Assembly (NCBI RefSeq): GCF_006345805.1
Contig: NW_021836142.1
Location: forward strand, 186,001 to 250,000
Reading direction: 5' to 3'
Length of the DNA stretch: 64,000 nt
From: Octopus sinensis
Lineage: Eukaryota
In this document: piece by piece, positions 50,151-63,537 of the stretch
Position numbering within the stretch: the stretch's first letter is position 1
How the letters are laid out: the number at the start of each line of letters is the position of its first letter
The notes under the pieces: model-generated
The model's input: the letters and a program-made list of their open reading frames with translations, nothing else
Told to the model about the DNA's origin: nothing
The model's database searches: none
Made by a program: the position numbers and the translations under genes

Positions 50151-53100
50151 GATACATACACACACACACACATATATATACCCACAAATATAATATTCAC
50201 TCATACATACGTATATTTTTTCATATATAAATGCACACATACATTTGTGAACACGCATATATATATATATGTATGTACACACACAGTTTTAGATATATAA
50301 TTACAGTGGTGGAGTATCTGCACTTTTCGAAGATGAGGATTCACTTGCTTAATCAACTGAATCACCCCTTCCTGAATTAATATGTAAGTGGCTAAGGGTT
50401 CCACATACATGCACACTATTAACATAGTTCACGGTCAGTATCAATGTGATACAGTATTTGATAAGCTTGTAGCTTTTGAATTTTAGGTACAATCCACCCA
50501 ATAGGCTTTTACATTTTTGGCGTCTATCAAATTTTACTCACAAATTATATATATGGTTGACCTGAAGCTACAGAAATATGACAATAGCTCAAGATATCAT
50601 GCACTGAGATTGAACCTCCGGGACTTTACAGTTGTGAAGTGAACTTTATAACCATTCAGTCATACTTGCACCTACAAACATATATATATATATCTGTATG
50701 TACATAGTCATACTTGCACCTACATATATATATATATATATATCATATAAGCTGACAGTCTTGCCTCATATGTATGTTGTTCTTAGTACCAAAGTATGTT
50801 TTTATTGTTATATTTATTAGTATGTAATTTATTTCAAAGTATATATTGTTTCATTATTCTCAATTTTTAGACGTGAATTTAATTTTTCATTGTATAGTTT
50901 GGTGTGGTTGGTTTGTGAGTTGGTCATAATTTGTTTCATATGTCTTATTTTTTGGTTATATTACGATTCTTAAGCTGAATTGCGATTATTTGTATGTTTT
51001 AGTTTTTGACAATTTATGGTATTTTAGGAATAGGTATGTTCATAATTTGTGGTGAAAGTAGAAACATTTGCACTATATACTTCCAAACAGCAATGGATAT
51101 TTTTCTAAGGTTGTTTGTCACCAATGGAAATAGTAATGCTGCTATTAGTTTGGAAACCAAGTCAATATCCATTGGACAGCAGATAAGAGGAATTCCTCAG
51201 CTGTATTAAAATTGGATTCCTTGGTATTATTAGTAATGACAAAAATGGAAAAAAATACTGTTATATGTATAATGTGGCTTGAACTCTGCATGCTGGCTTA
51301 TCCTGAGATATGATGATTATAGACAGTGTGGAGGATAGGAGTCAATTGTGGAACTGTTTACTGAGCTTCAAAACTTTTGGTAATATACTGCACTTCCAGC
51401 AAGCTTTTAAATATTTGTTTGTGTGTGTGTATGTATGTATACACATACACAGCTACAACCATACACTCATATTTTAATGAAAAATATGGATGATGATGAT
51501 TTTAATTCACACTTCCTTAGCAGTGTCACTCACAGTATGGACTCTCATATTTTGTATAACAAACATAAGCATTAATTAGAGTGCTGAAAAGATTTATACT
51601 TTGAATTTGAAGCTGATGATTCCTTTCATTGATATTTTGGGTTTCCTGTTCTTGTGATTTCATTCTAGTGAACATACAAGGCAAGAAACTTGGATGGTGT
51701 ATTGATGCAGTGAATCATTAGCTTTGAACCAATATTTAAACTTTACTCCATATATGAAGTACACTTTCTCCTTTACACACACACACACACATACACACAC
51801 ACCATGTAATATTTTTTTTCTTGAAATGTAAGTATATATTCATATTATGTATTAACACATACACAAGTATAATTCAAAAGGATTTCTTTAAGACAGTTTG
51901 AAAATTTTATGAAACAGAAATCAATCTTTTTTTTTTCTTAATTTATTTTAACTGATTACACCCGAATATTGAAATGTTTTCATTTCTTTTTTTTTTTTGT
52001 TGTTTTTGGATGAATTGAAACAATAGTAACTAAAGACATTTAAACAGATTGATTGTCATCCAATGAAAGAAGACCATATCTTTAAATGACATTAATTTTT
52101 AAACACTTATATTTAATAGTTTATAAAATAGTTCCATAGCATTTTCATCATTTATCATCTCTAACTTATTTTAACAATAACAAACCAGTGAATTATAACA
52201 AACAAAACAATAACTGGCAGAAATATCAACCAACAGCTACCTTGAAGATCAACTGCCATGGTAAGATATAAAAATTCAGGAAGTTGAGAAGCAAAGATAT
52301 GCAAATTTAATTTCCTTTTTCTGATAGGAGTCTTGGAGAAATAAGTTTGCAAATGAAGTGCTAATTTTGTTAGGGTTTATAATTCTATGTATTTTACAGA
52401 CATTCCACAAATGATTTTTAATTTAAGTGCCTTTTACATGAAATACTTGACATGTATATCTTAAAGTCTATTTTGCAAATATTTATGAAATGCAAGGAAC
52501 TTGTTCCATTTTAATCTCCACATCTATTGGATATATTTTTGCAGTTTATATATGTCGAAGCATTTCATTACTTTAATCTACCACGGGACTGTTACTGACA
52601 ACTATATGTAGCCAAAGCACCCTTTAGAATCAACAAGTACTGATTTAGGAAAAGAGAGCAAAAGAGAGAGAGAGAGAGATTGAAGAAAAAGCATTCATCA
52701 TAAGGCAGAAAGAAAGGAAATATATGTCTATTGTTTCATAAGGAGTGTTAAGCATGACAAACCTTTATTTACTAAATTTAATAAAAAATACATATTTATA
52801 GTATGTTATAATATATTTCTCCTATAAAAACAACAAAATACATCAGATGTCTGGTATGTTGAAGGAGTTTAATAAACCTTAATGGTCAGCATTTATTTGA
52901 TTTGTTATTGCTGTTAGATATCTAACTGTGAAACTTCATTTATGGAAGGAATTATGATAATATTATGTGAACATTTAGATACAAAAATAGAGAAAGAAGG
53001 AAAGAAATATAAGGCAGAAACGAAAATAAACATAAAATCTAGTTTTCCAGCATTTCTAAAATGCTGCCACTTTTCTGTTATCTCTTTTTCTTCTTTTTTG

Positions 53101-56100
53101 ATTTTTTACATAGTTAGTTTACAGTGGCTCAACATAACACAAGGAAAAATTGCCTGATGTATAGAAACCTAACAAATTAACAATAACATCAACTACAACA
53201 AAATATTTGTTAATTAAAAGCCACTTATACTTAGTTCAGAGATAAAATATGACTATGAGGGGCAAAAAGAAAGAAGATGGGACTCAGCCAGTTACTTGTA
53301 TTCAAATAAGTTGTGGCAGGAATATCTGGTCGTTCCATAAGTAACATTCCTTTATTTTTTTTTTTTTGGTTTTGGTTTTATTTCATGCACCTTTATTTAC
53401 ATGAAACAATAAGAAATATTATCAAATAACCCTATATGGCAACTCATGATATGACCTGATACATTTGGAGAATGACAGGCAGGCAGACAGAAATTAAGTG
53501 AGAAAGAATTTATGGATTTTGAATATGGAAAAAAAAAAAAAAAATGTATCAAAGCCATTTTTCCTTAATATATTTTCATGCAAATAAACATTTCAAGCAA
53601 ATTATCAAGCACATTTCTTGGATGTTGATCAGATATTTCCATGTTTCTCATAAGTGATAGGTGTTCATTTTCTTTTAGTATTTATGTAGATTTTCTTTTC
53701 TTTATGTTGAACAAAAATAAAACAAAACAAAAATAAATGAACAAAAAATTCCAAAGTGGAAGTTTTTTTATGACTATCATCCAGTCATATACATAGTGTT
53801 AAATTTGTCTTTATTTTAATTGTAGTCAAATATTTCTCAAAGGTTATTGCCATCAAATTGTCCAAATCAAGTTACCAGTGAAAGTAAATGTTGAATATGC
53901 TTATGTGTGTCTGCATATTACACAAGTAAACTTATGTAAGAGTGTATGTGTATGGATACCTGTAATAATATTGCACTTCAAGACCAAAATCATCACATAC
54001 AAAATGCAACAGTAATATACCATTCCAGTTTGTTAGGTAATATTTTTTCTCCCATATTTAAGAAGCACTTTACTCCAATTTGCTTGTTTTTATTTATTCT
54101 TTTCATTATTTTTCTATTTCTTTGTTGGTTGTTAGAATTCCATTCTCTTGTATAACAGAAATGGATTAAAAAAAAAAAAAAAAAAAAACACAAAGCATTA
54201 TATTATTTTTTTCATCATTATCAACACCTTCAATGCCGATGTTGTCATTGTCATCAGCATCGTTGCTAACATTATCCCTTTATTATTAAGAATAAAAAGA
54301 AAATTTTAGCATCTGTGAAGAAGCTAATGACTTTCCAGTAGTGTTCTGAGTTGGTTGAAGTTTCAACAATTCTTTAGATATATCCATCCAAGGACATCTG
54401 CTAGGAATATCTGTGAGTGGGTGTGTGCATGTAATGTATGTTTATATATATATAATTCTACATTGTATATGTGTATATATATATATATACACATATATAT
54501 ATATATATATATACATACACATGTATGTGAATATTGCTATATGCTCACACATTAATACATCACACACACACACATGCATATATACATGTCACACATGCAC
54601 ACACAACCACACCCATACATATTTATATACATACACACAATTATATATATACAAAAAAAAACACAAAACAGAATACTCATGTAGTTCATGAGACCATTAT
54701 TGATTTATTTATTCTGTTTCACAGCGATATATTAAGCATTAGCATGCAATCTTTCTCTCGCTCGCTGTCTCTCATTCTTTTTATTTTGCTCTCTCTCTCT
54801 CCTACCTTGCCTCTCATTTATATATATATTATATATATATACATATATATTATATATATAATATATATACATATATATATATATATATGTGTATGTGTGT
54901 ATGTATATATATATATATATGATGAATTTTAAATGTTAATATTATTGCTGATTATTCTTAATCTCCCTTCTCATTACACAGCTCTTATTCTTGTAATTGC
55001 TGTAGAATTTAATATTTAAAATTTCATGTTGTTTTGGAATGAATGAACACTGCAACTTCTCATTCTCCTTATAATCTAATTATTATTATCATTATAGTAT
55101 CTTTGGCAACTCTACATTGTATAAACAATACTTGGTATTTAGATACTCTTCAGAAACAGGTGTTTTATGTTCTATTGTCTAGCTGCTGTGTGTTCCATTT
55201 TCCTATTTTGTTTATAGTTGTGTTTGTGGATGCCAGTGATAGTGTTGTTGTTGTTGTTTGTTAATATTGCCATGGCAACTTTCACAATTGCTTAATTATT
55301 GAAACTGATAGAAAGTTTGCTCACTGACCATTATTTACTTTCTGCTTTGTGTGATGAAATTTACTTATTTTCACTTTATTATTAATATTATTATGATTAT
55401 CGTTACTGTTATTGTTATTGTTGTTGTTTGTATATGTTGTGGTGTTATTATTATTGTTGTTATTATCATAGAAATTCATGCTTAGTTTTAAATTTTTTCC
55501 TGTTCGTAAATTGTATTTTTGTGTTGGCAAAAGCAAAATTGATTTGTTCTTCATGGGAGGAAAAACAAAATTTAAAAAAAAAAATGTAAAAGTCCATTAC
55601 TTTCTTGTATTTAGACTTTGAGTGGCGGCAGCAGCAGTAGCAGCAGCAGCAACATTTAAAAATCCAGTTGTTTAATAAAATGTACAAGCTGAAAAAATTG
55701 CATCACACTCCAGAGAGTAACTCAAGAATTGGCAATATGGTAATCAGAATTAAAATGGACGATGGCACTGTGTATAGAGAGGTTGCAGTATCTTTATAAT
55801 GTCCTTCTGAAAATAGAAATAGAAAAATAATGAACAGAAAAATATCAAAGGGAAAATTTAAATGCTACATTACTTTTTTTTTTCTGTTATTGTTATTTTA
55901 CTGTTATCATCATCATAATTTCATTATCATTTTTTTGTTTGTCAACATTGGAGAGTGTGCAGCATTCAAAATATTTGAACAGTTTCCTTTTAGATTTCAG
56001 GGGAGGCATAAAATATCCTTCTAGCTTAAAAATCTTGTTCTTTTGAAGCTATTCAATATCATTTGCCTCCCTAACTAGCAGAGTAAACAGACTCTGATAC

Positions 56101-57342
56101 TTCTATTGAAGGAAGTGAAAGTATGATCTTATGTAAATGTGATAAGAATCAGACTCCAGCCTAGCCTGTAGAAAGGCAATTGTGTTTCTATGTTAAATCC
56201 ATAACAGGAAATAAAAACAACTGCACTATGAGAGCTACTGCCAACAATAGTGGCTTTAACAGTGCCTATATTAATATTACAACGTAACTAATGAAGATAC
56301 TATTAGAAAAATTTCAAAAGACTTATATCAATAGCAAATTAGGAATAATCTCTTTACATAGATATCAAGTAGATGATGGATAGTGCTTAATCTAAGTAAC
56401 TTGTCCTGAAATGTAACTAAATGTTCTTGGATATAATAACTGGATAGAGCTGTCCTGAAAGATAAAGGAAACAGAACTATGTCCTTGGATATAGTTGCAT
56501 AGAGTCTTAAGATAATTGAAAGGAAAGCTATCATGTGATGTATCATCTGCGTCCTTTTAAGTTCCTTCCACTAAAAGATAATTGACACACAGACCTGCAG
56601 AGTTATCACGTGTCGGAATGGGGATGGAAAACAAATGACATTCTTAAGACAAGAAACCTTAAGTAATGTAAAAGATACAGACCTTTTTCATTGTGGATAT
56701 CAATGTGCAAAGAAAAACAGAAGTAATTCAGCACACAGGTGGCTAACTTTTTGTGTCACTTTTACGACATTAAGAGTTAAAATTACTAGGGATGTAATTG
56801 GCTGATAAACTCTAGCTGGAAGTTTTCTTCAAAAGCAAAATAAGTGATGAGTGTAATCAGCAGGTTTTTCAAAAGACAACTAATCTAGTTTTAAAGAAGA
56901 GAGATTAACTTAAATATATCTTCTTCATGACACACTGGATTAAAGTAAGGAAGGGTAAATTGGAAGATAGGTGACTTATGTGTTTCGTAGGTGGAGGGAA
57001 ATAAAAAAGAAAAATAATTGTAAAACAAACAACTGCAAATGCCACCATAACCAAAGAGCTGCAGGATTGCCTGTAGGTGGTGACCAAAGCACTTCTTGAC
57101 AAAAACATACAATGTAGTCAGAGTACACAAATAAAGTCAGGTGATGGGCCATAGAAGAATACTTTTCTTAATATAGATACACAAACCAACTAATTAACCC
57201 CCATGCAGCAACTCAATTTTCATTTATTTTATATATATATATATAAAATGAGGGTGATAAATTGAATATTAATTTAATTAACATCAATTTAAAACCAGTG
57301 GCCTAGCAAATAGAAAGATCTGAAAATTCAGAAAAGTTGTAT

Positions 57343-57474
57343 TACATGCGTATAAGAAGGGATGACCAGTACGTGGACATCCAATATGCTAGAAATAGAT
57401 CATCTAGATCGTAGGTGATCTATTTCTAGCATATTGAATGTCCACTTAGTGGTCATCCCTTCTTATACGCATAT
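57343..57474. repeat. Near-perfect palindrome
   Basis: About 64-bp arms with a 4-bp centre (GATC). Confidence 0.9.
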
Positions 57475-57484
57475 AATTATATAT

Positions 57485-58056
57485 ATATAATGTGAAGAAA
57501 CAAAAGACCTGGTAATTCAATCTGTACACATGACTCTGATTAGAGATGGATTTAAAGGGCAATTATAACATGATAGATTAAAAATGTATTAATACACAGA
57601 CATTTAAAAAAAAAATCTGTAAGTAAAATAAATATATTAAAAATATATGTATAAAGTAATATATTTGAAAGAATCTCAGGATTCAGACATAAAAATGTTA
57701 AAACATGTATGTATAGTTATTAAAAATATTGGAGAAAGTTTGAAGTGGTGATGGAAACAAACTAAAAGATACAATGAGGACAGAGTTAAAATTCAGACGT
57801 CAGACTTTCTCCAATATTTTTACTTATACATGCATATTTTAACGTTTTTTATGTCTGAATCCAGAGATTCTTTAAAATCTATTACTTTGCACATACATTT
57901 TTAATATATGTATTTAATTATAGACTTTAAAAAGAAAATGTCTGTGCATTAATAAATTTTTAATCTATCATGTATAGTTGTCCTTTAAATCCATCTCTAA
58001 TTGGAGTCATGTTTGCGGATTGAATTACCAGGTCTTTTGTTTTCTCACATTACATA
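57485..58056. repeat. Long inverted repeat
   Basis: About 255-bp arms (57485-57742 vs 57800-58056) with a spacer of about 57 bp. Confidence 0.9.
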
Positions 58057-58152
58057 TTTATAGCTTTCATCTCAAGTTACCCTTGAGCACTTCTAGGTCC
58101 AAATCTCTATATTGTGAGAGAATTTCTAATCAATCTTCTTTCTCAAAACAAT

Positions 58153-58193
<41 letters not shown>

Positions 58194-60064
58194 TTTCTAT
58201 TTGTTGAGCCTGGCAGAAGGGGTAGTACTCATGGAATTTGTCGGCCCTCTAAGATCAGTGCACTTGATGCTGTTAATGTGTCATTTCAACCGTTGAGATC
58301 AATGCCTGCAGGAAGACATGAGCAGGGTAAGGTTTTCAGAGAGTTAATGTTCTAGGGAAGGTCTTGGCACTGTCAACTGAGGGAACTGTAAGAAACAAAG
58401 GTAATGAGAGATGAAGTTTGGTGTTGCTTGACTGGGGATGGTACAAGACCATTCCCCTCTGAGAAACAGAGGATTTATAGTAGTGACATTGAAAGACAGA
58501 AAGGAAAGACAGCTTGCTTGTGGGTCAGAGGCTGAAGTTTGCCTGTTCGTGATTAAACACCAGTCAGTCAAGTGGTTCTTCTCTGGATGCTGTCCAGGAT
58601 AACTGTATATCACAGCAGCACCATCTCAGATTTGTAAGTAGTACTCCATTGAGGGTATCACTTGAACCTTCTAGAGTTCTGAAATATTTTATGGATCTGT
58701 AGAGAAGGGTCAGCTTTTTAGATGCAGTCCTAGTTGTACAAAGGATGTGCTTTCTCCAGGAGAGAATCCTGGTATTCTTGATACGAGTTGAGCATGATGT
58801 ATTTTTGCTGTTAAATGTAATAAGGGAAGCATGACCTTACTGAAGGATGTTCTCAAGGTCTCCATGATGCATGTGAATGATGCATGGGGAGGAATGAAGG
58901 GTGGGGTGATGAATTGCAAAATAGCAAGCACTGTTGAATGCAGTGACAAGTAGGTCCAATTATTTTCAAGAAAATGTTACCCACTCAAATGCTTGTTCCC
59001 ACAAGACTTAAATAGTTTATTTTCAAATTTTTATTTGTGCAGATTTACTAATTGTTTATTTTTTATTCTTAAAAGGTTTCAAAATAAACTCTTGCAGAAA
59101 TGTGGTACACTTTTAAAACATTTTACTGAGATGAATTTGAAAGATGAATACAACAGAGTAAAATCAAAAGTAAAATCTGATTCATTGTTCACTCACGTTC
59201 AATTCGAGAACTTCCACTTGCAAAGGGAGTTGTCTTAGTCTGATGATTCCTCTGTGTTATAACAGGATATTGTGGATGTTTTCCAGAAATAAAGATTTCT
59301 CTGCCAGGTGTTCCTGAAGAACTGACTGTCGTAGACTTTGTGCTTGATATTCCAATTTCTGCAGGCAAAATATGTATTACAATTTGAAATCAAGGTATGT
59401 GTGTATGTACAATTAAGTGTTCTAGTTTTAATTAGTTTAATTTACCTTTTTTTTTTTTGGTTAGTAAACTAGAATTCTATGGAAATCTGAATTTACATAT
59501 TTCATGTTTATTCAGTATTTTCATATGTAATTACACTTTGCAAAGTTTGTATATGTTTACATTTTTTTTTTGTATAAAAGTGAATCAAAAGTAAAATATC
59601 TGCCTTTAAAAAAAATATTATAAACATATTTAACATTCAAGCCTTGTTTATCTATTACTGCAAAGAAATAGAATTAAAAATCCAACAGTTGACATTAAAT
59701 ATTATAAAAAAAAAAATTATATGATTCCTTACAGGTGACTTGAATAAATTAGTTGCAGGTTCTTTGGTAATTTCTGTCTTAGAATAATAAGGAAAACATT
59801 TTACATCAAATCTCCAATTTGACTGAACAACAACAGGAAGTATTTACTACACAAGATTGTTATTAATAAGAATGGAATGATTCTTGACTGGAATGATTCT
59901 ATTAATGATATCATTCTAATCTTATCAGTAACGATCTTGCATGCAGAACAGTAACACTTTACATTTGCGAATAGATATATGTCCATGCTGGCATGGGTTG
60001 GACAGTTTGACTGGGCTGGCATGCTGGCAGGCTCCAGTATATATGAATATATAAATGTGTACTT

Positions 60065-60365
60065 ATCATCATCATCATCATCGTTTAACGTCCGCTTTCC
60101 ATGCTAGCATGGGTTGGATGGTTCAACTGGGCACTGGCAAGCCCGAAGGCTGCACCAGGCCAGTCAGATCTGGCAGTGTTTCTACAGCTGGATGCCCTTC
60201 CTAATGCCAACCACTCCGAGAGTGTAGTGGGTGATTTTATGTGCCACCGACACAGGTGCCAGACGAGGCTGGCAGACGGTCACGCTCGGATGGTGTTTTT
60301 TATGTGCCACCTACACAGGTGCCAGACGAGGCTGGCAGACGGCTACACTCGGATGGTGTTTTTTA
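60065..60365 (-). mobile_element. RTE-tail repeat with internal tandem duplication of about 65 bp
   Basis: Consensus-like copy; the unit TTATGTGCCACC..ACACAGGTGCCAGACGAGG occurs twice. Confidence 0.85.
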
Positions 60366-60844
60366 TGAAAATACAAATATATCTGTGTGCATCTAGGTAT
60401 CTCTGGATTAACACTACTTGTCCAGCAATAAAATTTGTTCAGTCACAGTTAAGCGATATGTGCTCCATTTCAGTGGCTTGGTGTACCAAGATCATTTTGA
60501 TGCTAAGTCTTATTTTTCCTAATTAAGATGTATCCACTGGTCTTCGTACATCAAACTACTGAAATACAGAGCATACTGTTTATCTGTGACTTCAACAAAT
60601 GTTACTGCCACCCAAGTAGTGTCAATTTGAAGATTTTCAACACTCCATTCCACAATCATATAGACGATGGACTTCCATATAAAATCTGCCCACACTTGTT
60701 TGCTCAAGACACACAAAGAAGTTGTGAGGTGAACTTCTTAACCCCACAAGAAGACAGATGTTTTCATATGGTTATGCTTCATCAGTTATTCACACTGAAT
60801 CCATTACTTATAACTTACTAAGAAGTGCTATTTTTATGTACAAA

Positions 60845-60990
60845 CTGCTGAGGTTGACTTTGCCTTTCATCCTTTCGAGGGTCGATAAAGTACCAGTGAA
60901 ACACTGGGGTCAATGTAACTGACTAGTCCCCTCCTATAAAATTTCAGACCTTAGGCCTATAGTAGAAAGGATTATTATTATTATTATTGT
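60845..60990 (+). mobile_element. Nin/Deu-domain SINE 3' part
   Basis: GACTTTGCCTTTCATCCTTTCGAGGGTCGAT...(ATT)n tail. Confidence 0.8.
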
Positions 60991-61557
60991 TGTTGATTTA
61001 TGTACAAATTTGCTGGCATGTGCAATGCTTTGGCAAGTCTAATGATGTCATCGATTGCCTAACTTGATGTGTTGTCACATACATTGTCTACAAAGAAAAT
61101 TCTTCCTCCAAGACAGTTAATGCAATGAAGATATTTTCAATTTTCAGTGTACATGAAACTGTATACACATGTTTAGTTTAATCATTGTTGCTAAGAGAGT
61201 TTTAATTGATCAATTACAGCTTGAAAAAGCATTGCACATGCCAGAAAATCTAGTTTTTGCAGTTCTTAGTGGGATATGAATGATGGATTCCGTATCTGTG
61301 ATTGATGAGGTCTAACTACTCAGAAACAAAGGTTTTACAATCCAATGACATCATTCCTAGTCCAGCTCAGAGTATTTTCATATACACTGTCTGTAAGGAT
61401 GATTCTTCCCAGTGACAGTTATTGCAGTGAAGATCTTTCTGAGATTGCATGTACATGTGATGTTAAAATACAAATGTACACAGCTTTAATTTAACCATTG
61501 CTGCTTAGTGAGCCTTTAATTAATACATAATACTGAAATTTAAAAAAAAAATCTCCA

Positions 61558-61970
61558 TAGGCATAGGAGTGGCTGTGTGGTAAGTAACTTGCTTACCAAC
61601 CACATGGTTCCGGGTTCAGTCCCACTGCGTGGCACCTTGGGCAAGTGTCTTTTACTATAGTCTCGGGCCGACCAAAGCCTTGTGAGTGGATCTGGTCGAC
61701 AGAAACTGAAAGAAGCCCATTGTATATATATGTGTGTGTGAGTGTGTGTGTATATATATATATGTGTGCATATGTTTGTGTTTGTCCCCCCAACATTGCT
61801 TGACAACAGATGCTGCTGTGTTTACATCCCCGTAACTTAGCAGTTCAGCAAAAGAGACTGATAGAATAAGTACTAGGCTTCCAAAGAATAAGTCCTGGGG
61901 TCGATTTGCTCGACTAAAGGCAGTGCTCCAGCATGGCTTCAGTGAAATGACTGAAACAAGTAAAAGAGTA
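61558..61970 (+). mobile_element. CORE-type SINE
   Basis: Full consensus. Confidence 0.9.
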
Positions 61971-63537
61971 TAGAATACTCTTAATTATTAATTCTAACCA
62001 ACTATAAGACACATACTAATTTTATTAGATAGCTGAATGATAATAAGCAATGATACTTTAAAATTGAATGGTTAGAGGTTAAAAGAGTATTCATCTTTAA
62101 AAACTCTGAAGGCCTATGTTAATATTGATGAAACAAGCCTGCAGTATTTTTACCTATGTTTGATAATTACATTAGTAGACTTTGCTTTCTTAGATAACCC
62201 TCAAACTAACTCTGCTAAAGTGCTCTTTCAAAAAAGTTGAATATTTATTCTCTTCCTAACAGTCAAAAAGATTCAGTTTTTGCATTTATTAGCTTGGAGT
62301 AGGACTTGTATGTTTGCTTTTGCCTCTTTGAGATAGACTATTATATACCATCATCCATTTATCCATCTTGTTACTTTAATAACCATCATTATTAATGTAG
62401 GTTGTGTAGCTTATATGCTCTGACAAATGTCTTTAATAATACACCAATTTTTAATTTCATTCACTCTCAGTTTGCTATTCAATTGCATGCTGTTTCATAC
62501 CAAGGGGCATCATTCATTTCCATTCCATGTCTATAGAAGCACATTGATCTTGCTTCCATATGGTAATTAATTCACTCTAAGTCCCAAATAAATATCATAA
62601 CAGACAGGCCATTTAAAATATTGGTTGATTTTAGAGATTCAGCAAAATTTCTCAACAATACAATAAGCAATTATTTATTGGACTATGGCACCTTGAAACT
62701 AAAATTCAAAATTTATTTCTCTAGCTTTAAACATCTCACACAGATTTGGAAACTGCTATCATTTAATCAATGCTGCCTGTATGAATCAGGAAAAAAAAAA
62801 AAAAAGAGACAATGTTTCTTCTTCCCCCTCCTTCTTAGTAATCTTAAACCTAAAATCAATTTCTTTCTCTCTCATACAGATTACAAAGTAGATGTAAGCA
62901 GATGGAACACAAGTAATTATTCCTCTGAATATTATGGTAAGAAAAAAAACAAAACAAAGTGTTGAGAAAAAATATTATTCAAATTACTATTTTAAAATTC
63001 AAGAAAAATACAAGGAATGTGTTATAGCAATTATAGCTGAAGGGAAATTGTCAGCTGATATGTGATGCATCATAGTCACTACACACCCAGTTGCACAAAG
63101 ACACACTGATGCACACGCATATGCATATTCACACCCACTGTAATAAAAATCAAGTCACAAAATCATATAAACTTTTATATCATATTGCAGTTTGAAGTTA
63201 TAAGTTATTCAACTGCAGCAGCCTATGGAGAAACACAGCTGTGTTTGATATAGATTGACTGAAGGAAAATATTATTAGAAATAAAGCTAAAATGGATCAT
63301 GATTTACTTCAATATTGGTCAGACAAATATTTACATTCTTTATTGAAAGTTTGTTGAAATGGATTCATAAATTGGCTTTTAGGTAAAATTGCTCCTGTTA
63401 AAACTCTTCCCAATATTTTGGGAGTGAGTTTTGTTTCAATAAAGTTGAGCTTTTCACTTTTTTAAGATGGTTTCTCTACAAACCTATATAATTCAAGCAT
63501 TGGCTGAAATCATTGAGAATTGTATGATTATTATCAT

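Noticed and set aside
55615-55740. Coding exon with poly-Ser/Gln tract
   Set aside because: All three frames hit stops within about 45 nt of the acceptor.
58300-58960. Possible LINE endonuclease remnant on the - strand
   Set aside because: The purine-rich composition is suggestive, but I could not read a diagnostic motif.
59238-59330. C/D box snoRNA-like TGATGA...CTGA
   Set aside because: No terminal stem and no recognisable antisense element.
6656-60526. Recurrent ORFs containing LAVFLQLDALPNANHS or FSFRLPNPLTRLWSARG
   Set aside because: Chance open frames in SINE and RTE-tail consensus sequences; they are not a protein family.
60745-60795. CTGATGA...GAAA...GTC on the - strand
   Set aside because: No stem II or stem III pairing; it lies in an old, possibly transposase-derived stretch.
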